A DNA stretch of 64,000 bases from the NCBI GenBank assembly GCA_965153285.1, contig OZ229112.1; one strand, written 5' to 3'. This document shows positions 25,980-38,403 of this stretch, piece after piece. The position numbers and the translations under genes are program-made. Under the pieces are notes generated by a model that saw only the letters and a list, made by a program, of their open reading frames with translations, did no database searches and was not told the DNA's origin. The first letter of the stretch is position 1, and each line of letters begins with the position of its first letter. The stretch comes from Podarcis tiliguerta. Lineage: Eukaryota.

Positions 25980-26119
25980 NNNNNNNNNNNNNNNNNNNNN
26001 NNNNNNNNNNNNNNNNNNNNNNNNNNNNNNNNNNNNNNNNNNNNNNNNNNNNNNNNNNNNNNNNNNNNNNNNNNNNNNNNNNNNNNNNNNNNNNNNNNNN
26101 NNNNNNNNNNNNNNNNNNN
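25980..26119. other. Assembly gap (140 N)
   Basis: Run of n characters. Confidence 0.99.
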
Positions 26120-26906
26120 TGGGAGAGCACAGCAGATGGAGGCTCTTAGCCGGACCTTTTGCTGTCATACAGACAAGAGGCACAAATCAGGAGAGAGATT
26201 GATTTTAATTGGAACCAACAGCACCTACATGCTGCTTTAATATCCATGTCATCTTATAAAAGTAAAATAAAAATCCTCCCCACCCCCACGCCGTCTGCCA
26301 GGGTGAATGAAAGAAGGTCCCTTTGCCAATAATAAGTGTGTCTTTTTCAGGTTCATTGCTTGCTCTGGCAATCCCAACCAGGTGTGGGCAAATTTCACAG
26401 GTTCCATATGTAGCAAATGAAGTAAAGCAAACACTGTCTAAATGCTGTTTGCAATGTTTTCTTAGTGGTCGGCGGACATGCACGGCGAGGTTTCATCTAA
26501 TGGTGTCCAGAGAAGCATTTGGAGTTCACAGTTTCCATTCTCTCAGTATGAAGAGGAATGGTAGCAAAAATGGAATCGACTTAAATCAAATTACCTGGCA
26601 CATTCTTTTTCCACCCTTTGGGTGAACTCTGCTGCTCAGAAATCCATTAGAATCCCTTTTTCTTAGCTAAGCAAAAGGGCGGTGCCATTTCCTTTTAGCA
26701 CATGCTTTTCCAGCTGTCCCGCCCGCCCCCCTTCACACTGCCTATTATTTGCTATTGAAAATAAATAAACGAGAAGTTCTTGAATTTACTGATGTGAGAA
26801 GAAAGTACAAAAAACTGAACTTTATGCTAAAAGTAACTAGAATAAGAAAGTTCTGTAGGCTTATTTATAGGCCTCTGAAAATTAGCCTGAGCTATTTCTC
26901 TCTTCA

Positions 26907-27273
26907 GGGATGCGGGTGGCACTGTGGTCTAAACCGCTGAGCCTTGGGATTGCAGATCATAAGGTCAGCGGTTCGAATCCCCATGATGGGGTGAGCTCCC
27001 ATTATTCGGTCCCAGCTCCTGCCAACCTAGCAGTTTGAAAGCACATCAAAGTGCAAGTAGATAAATAGGTACCGCTCTGGCGGAAAGGTAAATGGCGTTT
27101 CTGTGCGCTGCTCTGGTTCTCCAGAAGCGGCTTAGTCATGCTGGCCACATGACTTGGAAAGCTGTCTGCAGACAAACACCGGCTCCCTCGGCCAGTAAAG
27201 TGAGATGAGCGCCGCAACTCCTGAGTTGTTCACGACTGGACTTAACTGTCAGGGGTCCTTTACCTTTACCTTT
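26907..27273 (+). mobile_element. Sauria SINE, full length, perfect 14-bp TSD
   Basis: GGGATGCGGGTGGCACTGTGG...CCTTTACCTTTACCTTT with B box GGTTCGAATCC. TSD TATTTCTCTCTTCA at 26893-26906 and 27274-27287. Confidence 0.95.
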
Positions 27274-27394
27274 TATTTCTCTCTTCACAAACACGGAACT
27301 GCTTTTGAACAACAAATCAACATGCTGTGCAACTAATGCCAAAATGTAGCTGTTTAATCTGCTTTGGACAATGCCTGGAGAAAAAAACCATAAA

Positions 27395-27628
27395 GAGTGG
27401 CGTTCAAGTCACTTTTTATAGTGGTGCAAGGGGATTTCCCCTCCCCCTCCTCTACCTATTCACACTCCATGCCATTCCCAAATCTGATCTGGCAGGTTGG
27501 GAGAAAATTCCAGAACAGATTTAGGGCATGGATGTGGGTAGGGGGAAAAGGGCAGAGTGTTCCATAATGCAAGGAGAAATCCATCCACTAATAGAATGTT
27601 CACCTTAATGCTATGCTGAATACAAACC
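27395..27628. mobile_element. GGGTGG-TIR fold-back MITE family copy
   Basis: GAGTGGCGTTCAA...CTGAATACAAACC. Centre CAAATCTG.TCTGG...CCAGAACAGATTTAGG as in 1213-1444. Confidence 0.7.
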
Positions 27629-27788
27629 AAAGTGATTAGCTAGGGCCTAATAAGTACTGGTTATAATAAGTAACAAAGTAAGCTCTTTGGGATGTAATGA
27701 GATCTGATCAGGACAGCTCCAAATTGGAGATGTCTGAGTGCAGCTTCTCATGATAACTTTTGTACTGTAGGATTAAAAACATGAGTGC

Positions 27789-27826
<38 letters not shown>

Positions 27827-28296
27827 GAGTGTACATGTCTGTATAGTCTGCATTCCTCTTCAAAATACAAAAAATAGAAGCCCCATTATTTCTTAGTTAC
27901 TCTGTCCTCTTTCTCAGACCCTTAAAAGGAGCCACTTCTGCCTTGCAGGTACTGCTACAGGGGAACCACTGTGGAACAATGAAGGGCCAGCTTTTCCACC
28001 TGCCTTGTCCCTAGCTACACACCTGGGAGCCTTATGAGGAGGAACTGTTGCTTAAGCATTTTCTGATGTTCTTTCTCCACATTTTTGTGAGGCATGCTCT
28101 GTCTTTTTGGCAGGAACATGAATGTATTTGGTTTTAATACTTTTGAAATGTTAACATAACATATATTTTAATGTAGAATCCAAATGTGAGCTATCTGTCT
28201 CATAATTACAACCACATTATTTTATATGCACATTGTACTCACGTATCTGTGATACCTGTACTTGGTAAAGGTTCATGTTCAGAGAAAGGGGGGCGG

Positions 28297-28297
<1 letters not shown>

Positions 28298-28350
<53 letters not shown>

Positions 28351-28352
28351 AA
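28298..28352. repeat. (GAAA)n microsatellite
   Basis: About 13 units. Confidence 0.97.
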
Positions 28353-28510
28353 CTGTACTAACCCAGTTAGGGTTACTAACTGCCCATAATACTATAAGTA
28401 TGGCTAGTTAGGAATCATTTCAGTTCCCAATTGTGGAAGTTGGGCTTTTTGTCAGCCATATGTAAAGATTCTTGGGTGGGTGGTTAGATGTCTAGAAAAC
28501 ATCCTCCAAA

Positions 28511-28695
28511 CAGTGGCAGAGGAAGAGGAGTGCGGGGGGAGCGCACCGCCCCCGGCAGCGCGATCCCAGTAGGGTGCCATCGCGGCTGCCCACCCACGCT
28601 GGGCACCACGGCCCTGCAGGTGGCATGCCCCGCCCACATGATGCACGCCACCTGCTCTCCTCCCCCCAGTACCTGAGCATGAAGCTCCGCCACTG
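28511..28695. mobile_element. CpG-rich hAT-type MITE (CAGTGGCRGAG TIR) with perfect 8-bp TSD
   Basis: CAGTGGCAGAG...CTCCGCCACTG flanked by CCTCCAAA at 28503-28510 and 28696-28703. Confidence 0.9.
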
Positions 28696-30516
28696 CCTCC
28701 AAACTAGTTAGTAGCTAAGCCTTGCAGTATGAGTTAGTCTGCTGAATTTTAATGACCTTTAACCTTCCCACCCTCTGCTTTATTCTTTTCCTTATTAACT
28801 TTTTAAAGCAACAACAACATGGGCTTACTCAAAAAGGCCAGTACTGTATTCACTCAAGCACTTTTGTCTCTAGCTCTCTGATTCTCCAGATACAAGAAGC
28901 CCTAGAAATAAAAGAAGATTGCTTCCAACTCTATGATTCTATGTATGCATTGCTGCAACAATTTATGACTGTGTCTTTCATCAATCCACTCAGCTGCGCC
29001 CTGCTCCTGTCTCCAGAAGTGTTAGATGTGATTACATAAGCAATTAACACAACAGATTGCACATGACAAAAACTGAGCTGTAAAGGGTTCTGATGATCAA
29101 TTAAGAAAGTCAGCTTTATCACTTTCCCACCAATGCAAATGAGGCTAAGTACTGCCAGTTATGCCACTAAATATCATGTTACAATGGCATTAAAATATTT
29201 CTCTAATCAAAACAGCTGCTAGGATTTTAACAATTATTGGAAAGTGCTATGTGGGAGGTTGGTAAGTTTATATTTCTCTTATATTCCCTGCTTCTAAGGC
29301 AGGGCACCAGAAATCCATTTCTGAGCAGAATAGGGGCCTCCTAACAGCTTTCAGCACCCTTAAGAAACTACAGTTCCCAGGCTTCTTTCAGGGAAGCTAA
29401 GCCTTGTAACCTAAGATCAGGTGACAAAGGTATTGAATTGCAAATTGCCAATTTGAAAGGAGTTGCCTGTTAGTGTTTCTCAGGACACCTCAAGAACAAA
29501 AGCATTTAAATAGCTCCCTAAGAGCTGCATAGCCTTAGGCACATTAAGCAAGCTGGAATGGGGAGAGACACAGTTTTGATTTCTGGAAGAAGTAAAGTTA
29601 TGATCATAAGTTGCTGAGTTTCTTTCTCTCGAGTTCTCTGAGAGTGAGCATATAAATGAAGCCCTCCAAGAAGCTGCATAGCCTTAGGCAGGCTGCAATG
29701 GGAGGGAGACATAGTCTGGATTTTTGGAATTATCTTTCTTGCTGAGCCTGTACTAGACATTGCACAAGATCTTAGGGATATATTTGATGTATTATTTTGT
29801 TTTTGTTTTTTGCAGAAAGTTCTGCAAGTGAACTTCTGAATTAAACTTAAGGGTCTGGTCAGTGATTTCTTCCAAAATAAGTTAGTTCTTATGCTTCCAG
29901 TTGCTTCAAACTGCACAATATAAATATTTGCAATAATCAGATGATGCTCATGCCTTGTATATGTGTTTCTTCCATGAAAATGCTGTCCTGTAGGAAACTG
30001 GTGAGATCTGAAGTGGGTCCACTGTTAAAACCACTCCATTTGAGCAATTATTTCATATTTCTGCTGCTAATTTCTACAGCAATAAAATCCTCTTGCACCT
30101 GTAATTTATTTATTTATTTTTAACATGGGGTTATTTAATAAAGATACAATTGATGAGGATGGCAATAGTAAGCAATATGTATTTGTTTCCTGGCCCTTTC
30201 CAGTCTCCCATTCAATAAGCTGAAACTTATGGTAAGTTTTGCTTTGCTTGATACCAAGCTGACTTGTCTTAGAACATTAACTCAGGATTTAGTATGGTTG
30301 AATATCCCCAAGTAATGTACATAAGAAGGGTTGAGTGCATCAGAGAGAGTGGGTGAATATTACCAATTCTTCAGAAACATAGCAATTTTTAACAAAGCAT
30401 GAACAAGATTCCTGAACAAGATGAGCACATAGCCAGCTTTGAAACCATTACAGCAAACAGGATCGTTTTAAACACTTGCTAGATAAATTCAGAGCCGATT
30501 GGCTAATTTAGATTAT

Positions 30517-30691
30517 GGTAAGGTAAAGATAAAGGGACCCCTGACTATTAGGTCCAGTCGTGGCTGACTCTGGGGTTGCGGGGCTCATCTCGCTTTATTG
30601 GCCGAGGGAGCCGGCGTACAGCTTCCGGGCCATGTGGCCAGCATGACTAAGACGCTTCTGGCAAACCAAAGCAGCCCAAGGAAATGACGTT
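30517..30691 (-). mobile_element. Sauria SINE, 5'-truncated
   Basis: Matches the 3' half of 11083-11418. Confidence 0.9.
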
Positions 30692-32919
30692 ATGTGGCTC
30701 TACTTCAAAATTTAGAACTGTCTGAAATACCAATGAAAAAAGATAAGCATTCAAGGAAGAAATTATCTTTGGAATTAGTTGTGTTCTGAATTTGGAGTTC
30801 TGCCTGCAAAAAGAAAATAGATTTGTCTGTGGCTATGTCTGGAGGTAAAGCTAGCAAAGAGCCATTTAATAACCTATCATATATGGTAGACAGTTTGTTT
30901 GTTTATTAGGATAGTTATAAACCTCCAACCCATAAGCAAAAAAATCACAGGGACCTACAATAAAAATCAATAGAACAACATGGAATCATACAATCATAAA
31001 AGTTGCATAAAATCAGTACTGTTTGTTTTTTATTCTGTTTACTAATTTGTGTAGCTAGCAGATAGACAAAAACAGAGAGGACTGTTAGAACCTGAACAAT
31101 GAGAACTGTGTGTTTAAGGAGCAAGAGGGCAGATGAGGGAGAAGGCTGACTCGGAAGTAGGAAACAGGCAATTGTATTTAGGGCTGGTGGGGAGGCCTTG
31201 CAGAAGTGGCTTTTAACAAGGAATTTAAAAGGCAGGAAGTGGTGAACCAACAGGAGTTGTTGTCTTAATTGACCAACAAAGCTGTTTGGAGTCCTGGTAT
31301 ATCAAGGAGCTTTTTATTTAAAGATTAGGGCTAGGATTTCAGCTCTCCATGAATACTGATTTGGTCTTTTGCATGATGAATGACTGCCGAGCTGGGCAAT
31401 TCATCATCAGATGTGACTGGCTCACCACGATCATCGAACTGGACACGTCCCTCAACCATTTTAGCGTTCAGTGGGATTGTGAGGCATGCATTTGGCAAGC
31501 CACAGGAGGTGGCTGGCTAATTTGAGGTTCGTTCGGTTTAAACAAACGGCTTGCAAACTCTCTACATCGAAGACAAAATCCCCCTGGGAAGACCTCCTGA
31601 GCAAAGCCAATACAGAAACAGAAATTGTGCCATGGCTAGGAAATTGTGCTCTTATTATACAATTCTCATGAATTTCAACAGGATTTGTGGAAAGGGGCAT
31701 AATTTCCCTGTGGATTGTACCTGGAATCTTCTGGAGGAAAATATTTGCCATGATTTTAAATTGTAACAGTCTGAATTTTAAATCGTAACAGTCTGAAAAT
31801 AAATTATGGTGTCGATTTCCTAGTATTAAACAATGGGTAATATTCAGATTTACTTTTCAGGAAGAACTGCATGTTCTGAGAGCTGAGGGGCCACTGCTGC
31901 CCCACAAATCTGGTTATTTTTAAAGGGTGCTGTGATTGTTGCTATCATTGTGACCATCTCTGTGGTTAGGGTTACCTGTGCCCACAAATGGCTTGCCAAT
32001 GAAGTGGACTAGGGAAGAAGAATGAGCAGGGTTAGGGGGTTGAATATAGTGGAGGTGTCCTTGTGGTCATCTTTGACAGCTGACCCAGCCTCCCACCAGC
32101 TGCTGAACCAGCTGCTAGGAGGCCCACTGGCACTTTCACTCCTGGATGGGGCCAGGAGAAATATCAGAAATAAGGTTTTGAACGGCAAGGAAAGAACAGG
32201 GATGAGCTGGCCTTGAATCCACTGGACCCTGAGCTGTCATGCAACAGCATTGGGGCCCATCTGGACCCAATTGCAGCACCAGCCTGGAGGTGGCACTGGC
32301 ATGAATCCTGTATCATCCATCCCCAGCACCCTGCCTTCCATTGTGGCCACCATAAACAGTAGGGTTGTGGGTGCAACAGTGGCAGATGTTTCAAATCCTT
32401 TCATGTCATGCCATACATTTTATGTACTAGACATTACTTTTATCACCAAGAGGCACAGAGTGCTCTTTTACATAGCATCCATCCATCTCTTGCAAATATT
32501 TAGTACTAGTCTTCATCAGCCAATAAATGATATCTAGGGTTTGTTTTTACACCTCTTTGGATGTTATATTGGAGTAAAGCATCAACAGAGAAGTATGCAA
32601 GGCTCAAGCTTGCCTGTAGCCTTCTCTCCCTTTCTCCAATTCCAGATATGTGAAAATAGATTGTGCACTCTGCACATGCTTGTTGGCACCCTCGTCATTA
32701 TTATGATGCCCTCACTTCCAAGGCTGAGCCCTGACACTACGAAAAAGAGACACCTAGTAGAGTTGAAAAAAGCACAGGGATAACATTTTCTGCCCCTAAC
32801 TTAAATATTATTGCAGACATGTGGGCATACTGTATATTATCTGCTGTTATTTTCCCCAGCATGTCTTAAGTATTCCAGGAGAAAGGAAAGAAATGTAAAC
32901 ATATTCGGCAGCTTTCTAC

Positions 32920-33133
32920 TAACTAATCTCACTTACGGAAGCCTGTGGAAGAACGTTTATTAGCACAATGGGGCTTACTCCCTCTTCCCCTCATTCTCCC
33001 AAATTGGCTGGTGGGGTTGGGAGACCCCCAAAACAGCACACAGCAGGGAGGAGAGGGGGAATTGTTCTCTCTGGCAAGTTGAAAAGCTTGCACTGAAGAA
33101 GCCATTGACATAGTGCTACACTGAATTCCTCCC
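32920..33133. mobile_element. GGGTGG-TIR fold-back MITE family copy (left end decayed)
   Basis: Right end CTGAATTCCTCCC. Core AAATTGGCTGG.GGGG.TGGGAGA.CCCC.AA.CAGCAC matches 63627-63878. Confidence 0.65.
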
Positions 33134-33164
33134 ATTAAATTTGGCAAGCTGTTGCCAGAATCTG

Positions 33165-33510
33165 ACAATCTAGATTCCTCTCACTTTCTCATTTTTGCAG
33201 TCTCAAATTCAGTTTTCCACATTTCTGCATGAGTATGGAATTATTAAAAAAGGCATTGTAATAAACACATTTTTTCCTGATATTTCTGCCAACTATATAC
33301 ATTTTGCAAGCTACTGTCCCTAACGTGTTAGAGCTTTCTTTTCCTCAATGTTATGCACTTTCCTCAAATCTATGCATTTTGTACCTTTTTAGTTGTAAAA
33401 TTATGAGAATTTCAAAGGATAGGTCTGTTTCAGTTTATATACTGCTTTAGGAAGTGCAAATGAGTTAGCTTTGCATAAAACATGAACCGAACCAAATTTC
33501 TCCCTGAAAC
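33165..33510 (+). mobile_element. TAGGGATG-type hAT-like element (decayed)
   Basis: TTTCTCATTTTTGCAGTCTCAAATTCAGTTTTCCACATTTCTGCAT and AATTTCAAAGGATAG are shared with other copies. Confidence 0.65.
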
Positions 33511-34724
33511 TTAATTTTATTGGTTTAATTTTTTACTAATGGGAAGTAGTTGTGTGGTTTTTTTTTAAGTATTCCCAAGCTCACACTTCAAAAGCAGCAT
33601 TTGAACATTCTGAACATCAAATTCCATTATACCTCCCAATTGTTTCATTTCATGTAACTTTGCAGTTGCCTGCCGGCCTCTGGCTGCAAGGCTCAGCAAA
33701 GTTCATGTTCTTTTTGAAATGACGAGCAAAACCTATTTGCAGCTGATTTTGATTTTATGGAATATCAATTAGTGTTCCAGGTATGGAACATCAATAAACC
33801 AGCTGGCATAAGTAAACCAACACACTACCTGCCATTGCTACCAGAATCATGCTTGTAAAGAAAATTGGCTTTAAAATGAAAATGTCACATTTTGGGAATG
33901 GTACTTGCTCTGGATGCAGACTTGTTTGCACGGCCACATCTAAATCCATTTTGCTCTTCCCTTTTGCTGAACATGAATAGATCAGCTTCCTAGATACCAA
34001 TATAAATGTGCACGTCTGATGAGAGGAGATTTAGGGTCAAAAAACACACAAAAAGGACACATTGTATGTGACAGAAAAATGTAGGAGTCTAATTGTCCCT
34101 GGTAAGAAAGCTAGACCACTCTATTATTAAATATAAAAATTCAAGTTCTAAAGGTCTTGGTTTTGGGGGCAGGGGAATCCTGCGTACTTAAAGAACGGCA
34201 TCAAGTATATATGGGCTTTCATTAAAAACATGTCCTTCATTCTTCTGCTCCTGGAAATGTGAAAGGTTAGCCTTTTCAGAAATGCCACCTGTGAGACACT
34301 AGGGTGACTAGCCCACCTTCTTTCTCCTGGGAACCCGAAACGTTCATTCTTGCTGTAATGAACCAGTTGATTGATGGATGTCACCCGTCATCCTCCGGAC
34401 ATCTTTATCTCACTCTGCATTTCACTAAGAGGCCTGACCTCCCCTTTCCAGTGGCTTCGTGAGTGATCTATCCATCATTCCATTCCACAAGCCCTTCGAC
34501 GCCCTCACCTTCAGTACATAAGGCCCACTGGCAGCAGCCAATATGTCTGTCTGTCACTAACTCTGTAATGAAGCCAGTTTACCAAATTACACGATTCTGT
34601 CTCTTTGGGAAGAAGGCGCAGGGAGGGAAACTCTGCTAGGCACTCAGGGGAGTCAGCTGGGCCTGCGAATGACTGTGGGAGGTCAGGTATTACCAAAGAA
34701 CCATGCTAGCTTAAGATCGTAGAA

Positions 34725-35095
34725 CATTTTATTTTTATTTGTTTAAGACATTGCTATACCACTTAATTATTTCCACGTGCTGTGCATGAGAACAATCCAA
34801 AACTGAACAACATAATGAATTAAAAATTATCGCAAAACTAAATGCTGCCTTTAAATGCCTGCTGGAACAAAAAAAAAAAATGTCATGTGCCTGCATTTCA
34901 GCAAGGAGGTTGCCTATCTAATCTCAATTGGGAAGGAGTTCCACAGGCTTCGACCCGTTGTTATTATTATTGTTATTTATTAATTTTGTATACCGCCCTT
35001 CATCTGCAGATCTCACCACATAAAAATACAACGTAAGAGCACAAAATACATGATAAAAATAAGAACAGAACCCCCCCCAAACCAATAACCTCCCC
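34725..35095 (-). mobile_element. Decayed L2-type 3' ends (probably two)
   Basis: A/T-rich simple-repeat tails followed by TATACCGCCCT / GGAAGGAGTTCCACAGG motifs resembling the reverse of the L2 terminus at 54128-54610. Confidence 0.5.
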
Positions 35096-38000
35096 CTACT
35101 TCCCTTGAATGCATGGCTTCTAGCAGTTATGAGCAGTGCAAAAATCTCCAAAAGAAGCTTGCTGCAGTGAAAAGACTTTAAGGTTAAATTAAAAGCTCAT
35201 TTACCTTCAGTTAAAAGAGAGCAGGAAACATATAGTACAACCCCATATTAGTATGTCATAAAGGTTATGCTGTACCTACAGCTGTGATCTGTGTGATTAA
35301 AAATGGTATTCAACAGGTTCGGTCCCCAGTTTAGGAATACTCCTGGATCCATCTTTGTCACTAGAGGTCCAAGGGACAAAACAGCTTGAAGCACATTCTG
35401 CCAGCTTCAGCTTCTGCAACAGCTACTTCCATCCCTGGATTAGGATTAGTTTAGCCATGGTAGTCCAGGCATTGGTTCAGGCAGGTCTCCTTATATAACA
35501 CTCAGGACCCTTAGCAAACTACAGCTCCCAGAATTCTTGGTGGGGAAGCATTGGCTGTTTAAAGTGCTGTCATGTTGCTTTAAATGTATGGTGTGAATGT
35601 GTATTTTCATTTGTATTTTTAACAGTGTTGTAAGCTGCTTGGAGACTTTCAGGTAACAAGTGAATGAAGCAACTAACAAATCTAATAAATAAATGATACA
35701 GACACTTGCTCCCATGTAAACATCCCTAGAGAGAAGCCACAAAGGAGTTTAGATACAGCCGGGGAGTGGAGGATGCAAGCTGGTTGTTCAAAGAGTAGTT
35801 CCCTGCTCTGTGATAAGTACATGTTATTTGCTTAACAGACATTCTTGCATTAGTTTGGTAGGAACAAGATAAGGGAGTGTGGGAGGACAGAGAATCCAGC
35901 TTTCTTGCAAGCAATGATGCTGTGTCTCCAAGGCTGATGCATGGCCCTGAAATACATGTGCCCCAATTTTCCTCTGTAGGATGTTGGAGGGTCTATAATG
36001 CTAGTACTTCTGTCCTGTTTTCTAACATTCCTTTCATTCTGCAATACCTATTGGATTATAAACTGTGGCTTTATGGCCACTATACTGGCATGTAGCACTC
36101 AAGTTCATTTACAACAGTGGGTGTGGTGCAGCACAGTGACAACCGTTGCTGGATGACTTTGCTACTCTCCCGTGCTTTCTGCATAGGCATGCCTCCTGTA
36201 TTGTGGTTTACCTCCCCAAATTTCACCACTTTACTCACACAATTTTCTGGGTTAATGGGATTGCACATACATTATTTCTGAAACCAAGTGAGATGGAAAT
36301 GAGTGCTAAACATCCCATATATTCTGCTAGATTTCCAGAACTGGCTTTTACATCTCATGAAAGCTCAAATATAATATGGGAAATAGGGGGAATGTCAGAG
36401 AAATGGAATAAGCTGTCATGTGACTGCAGCCTAACTCCCTGTTTTAAGGAGTCTTTTAAAAAGAAAAGAAAAGGAAGGTGACATTTGTCACATAACAAGG
36501 ATGGAATAGGATTGCTGAAAGAGACCTGGAGGAAGAATTTGCAGGAGACGGCTTCCAGTTTATCAGATTAGAAAACTGAGACACAACATAGCCACCAAAA
36601 AATAGAAAACAAGGCAAAATGTAGCTAATACACACTGATTGTATTGTTATAATGTAAATTACATACAGATGCAAACTTCTAAGTGCCAAAAATCAGTAAG
36701 GGCTGAGCACAAAGAGGAGGGGGGAGACATCTGGTACTGGATGCCCCACCAGACATGACTAATACTATTGGTATTGTGCAGCCTAATGTAATATTGAAAT
36801 GCAAAGATTAGGGCTCCAGACTGGTTTAGGATATCATGAGATACAGACTAAACCATGTAAAAGCTCCTATAATCTGTAAAATGGGTTGGTACTGGATTCA
36901 CAGCAGCCTTAATGTGTGCATGATATAAGAAGAAGCAAGCTTTGTTAACTTCACCCATACCTTTCTAAACCACCTTTCCAAGCACCATCAAATCTGTGGT
37001 ACATGCAACCACTGTTTTTATTAACTCTGTTTAGACCATTATGATAACTGCTTTCTCGACAAGGCTTCTTATGCCACTGGCTGCAATCCAGCTAAAGTTA
37101 AGCACCCATTTTATTTTAATGGGAAATGTCAGCATAATTTAACCAACCAAAGTGGAGATGGGCACATACACACAAGCCCTGTCCCCAACATCCTTCCATG
37201 TGTCAGCTCTACTTCTAACCTTTCTTTGCATGTTGAGCACAAAGGTCTGAAAGGAGATTGTAACCACGTTCAGCTGAATGGGCTTATAAGCCTCTCCACA
37301 AGTGGCTATCCTGCATTATCATAGGTTTGCAGAAAGACTTCTAAGCAAATATGCTAACAACCCCCACCCTCTTCAGATCTTCATGCAGAAAGAGGAAATG
37401 GTGGCAGGATTTGTGCCTATACCCCTGTGCATGAAGCCTTCCCATTTTGAGTCCCAAACCATGAATATGGCTTTATTCCAGTTGAAATCAATGGGAGATA
37501 CAACCCAAACCTGTCCTTGAGTTAAACCTGCTGTCATTGACTCACTACTAAGTCCGCTTACATTGGTAATGCCCAAAGATATGCCAGTGTAGTGGATCTG
37601 CTCTGGCATTGCACACCACAGCTGTCTTGGTATATTGTTGCACTGGCAGAACAGCGATGTCATGAGTGCCACGGGGAAAGATGAGAATAGCTGGGTGTGC
37701 TGGAGAAAGAGCAAGGCTTAGTCAAAACCCTATGCTTACTCGCAAATTGGTCCCAGCCCTAGCAATGTTGTAACACTGCAATGCAAAAGACGTGGTGTCA
37801 GTCATAGCACACCTACTGAAGTCAATGGAGAATCCCCAGTTCACTGTCACTATATCTCCTGCCTCTCTGCCTGCACAGTGTCAGCTGGGGATAAGATTCC
37901 CACTAACCCTGCCGTCAGTCAAAAAATACCACCAGTAGTATAAAAGGGCCGAGCACATAAGAACTCAAGAGGCATGGGGCTATATGCTCTGGTATGAGGG

Positions 38001-38116
38001 TACACAAGAGGAAATTTTAGTGGTTTTGATGAAAGGGTATTTCATCATTGCTTGGAGTTTATGAGGAGAACTGAATCATGGTCATTGATTGATGAGTAAA
38101 TTAGCATACATGATCA

Positions 38117-38403
38117 TAAAGGTTTGAATTGTCATATAGAGGAGGGAGAAAGGTTGTTTTCTGCTGCTCCAGAGAAGCGGACACGGAGCAATGGATCCAA
38201 ACTACAAGAAAGAAAGTAAGAGCTGTTCGACAGTGGAATTTGCTGCCAAGGGGTGTGGTGGAGTCTCCTTCTTTAGAGGTCTTTAAGCAGAGGCTTGACA
38301 ACCATATGTCAGGAGTGCTCTGATGGTGTTTCCTGCTTGGCAGGGGGTTGGACTCAATGGCCCTTGTGGTCTCTTCCAACTCTATGATTCTATGATTCTA
38401 TGA
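38117..38403 (+). mobile_element. CR1 LINE 3' end
   Basis: VRAVRQWNLLPRGVVESPSLEVFKQRLDNHMSGVL is the CR1 ORF2 C-terminus. Ends with (ATTCTATG)n. Confidence 0.93.

Noticed and set aside
25950-26183. ORF spanning the N run
   Set aside because: Artefact of the assembly gap.
28511-28695. CpG-island promoter or first exon
   Set aside because: Bounded exactly by TIRs and a perfect 8-bp TSD, so it is a transposon. The same logic applies to 59734-60211 (TA TSD).
37939-37946. TATAAAAG promoter
   Set aside because: Isolated motif with no CpG island, downstream exon or LTR termini.
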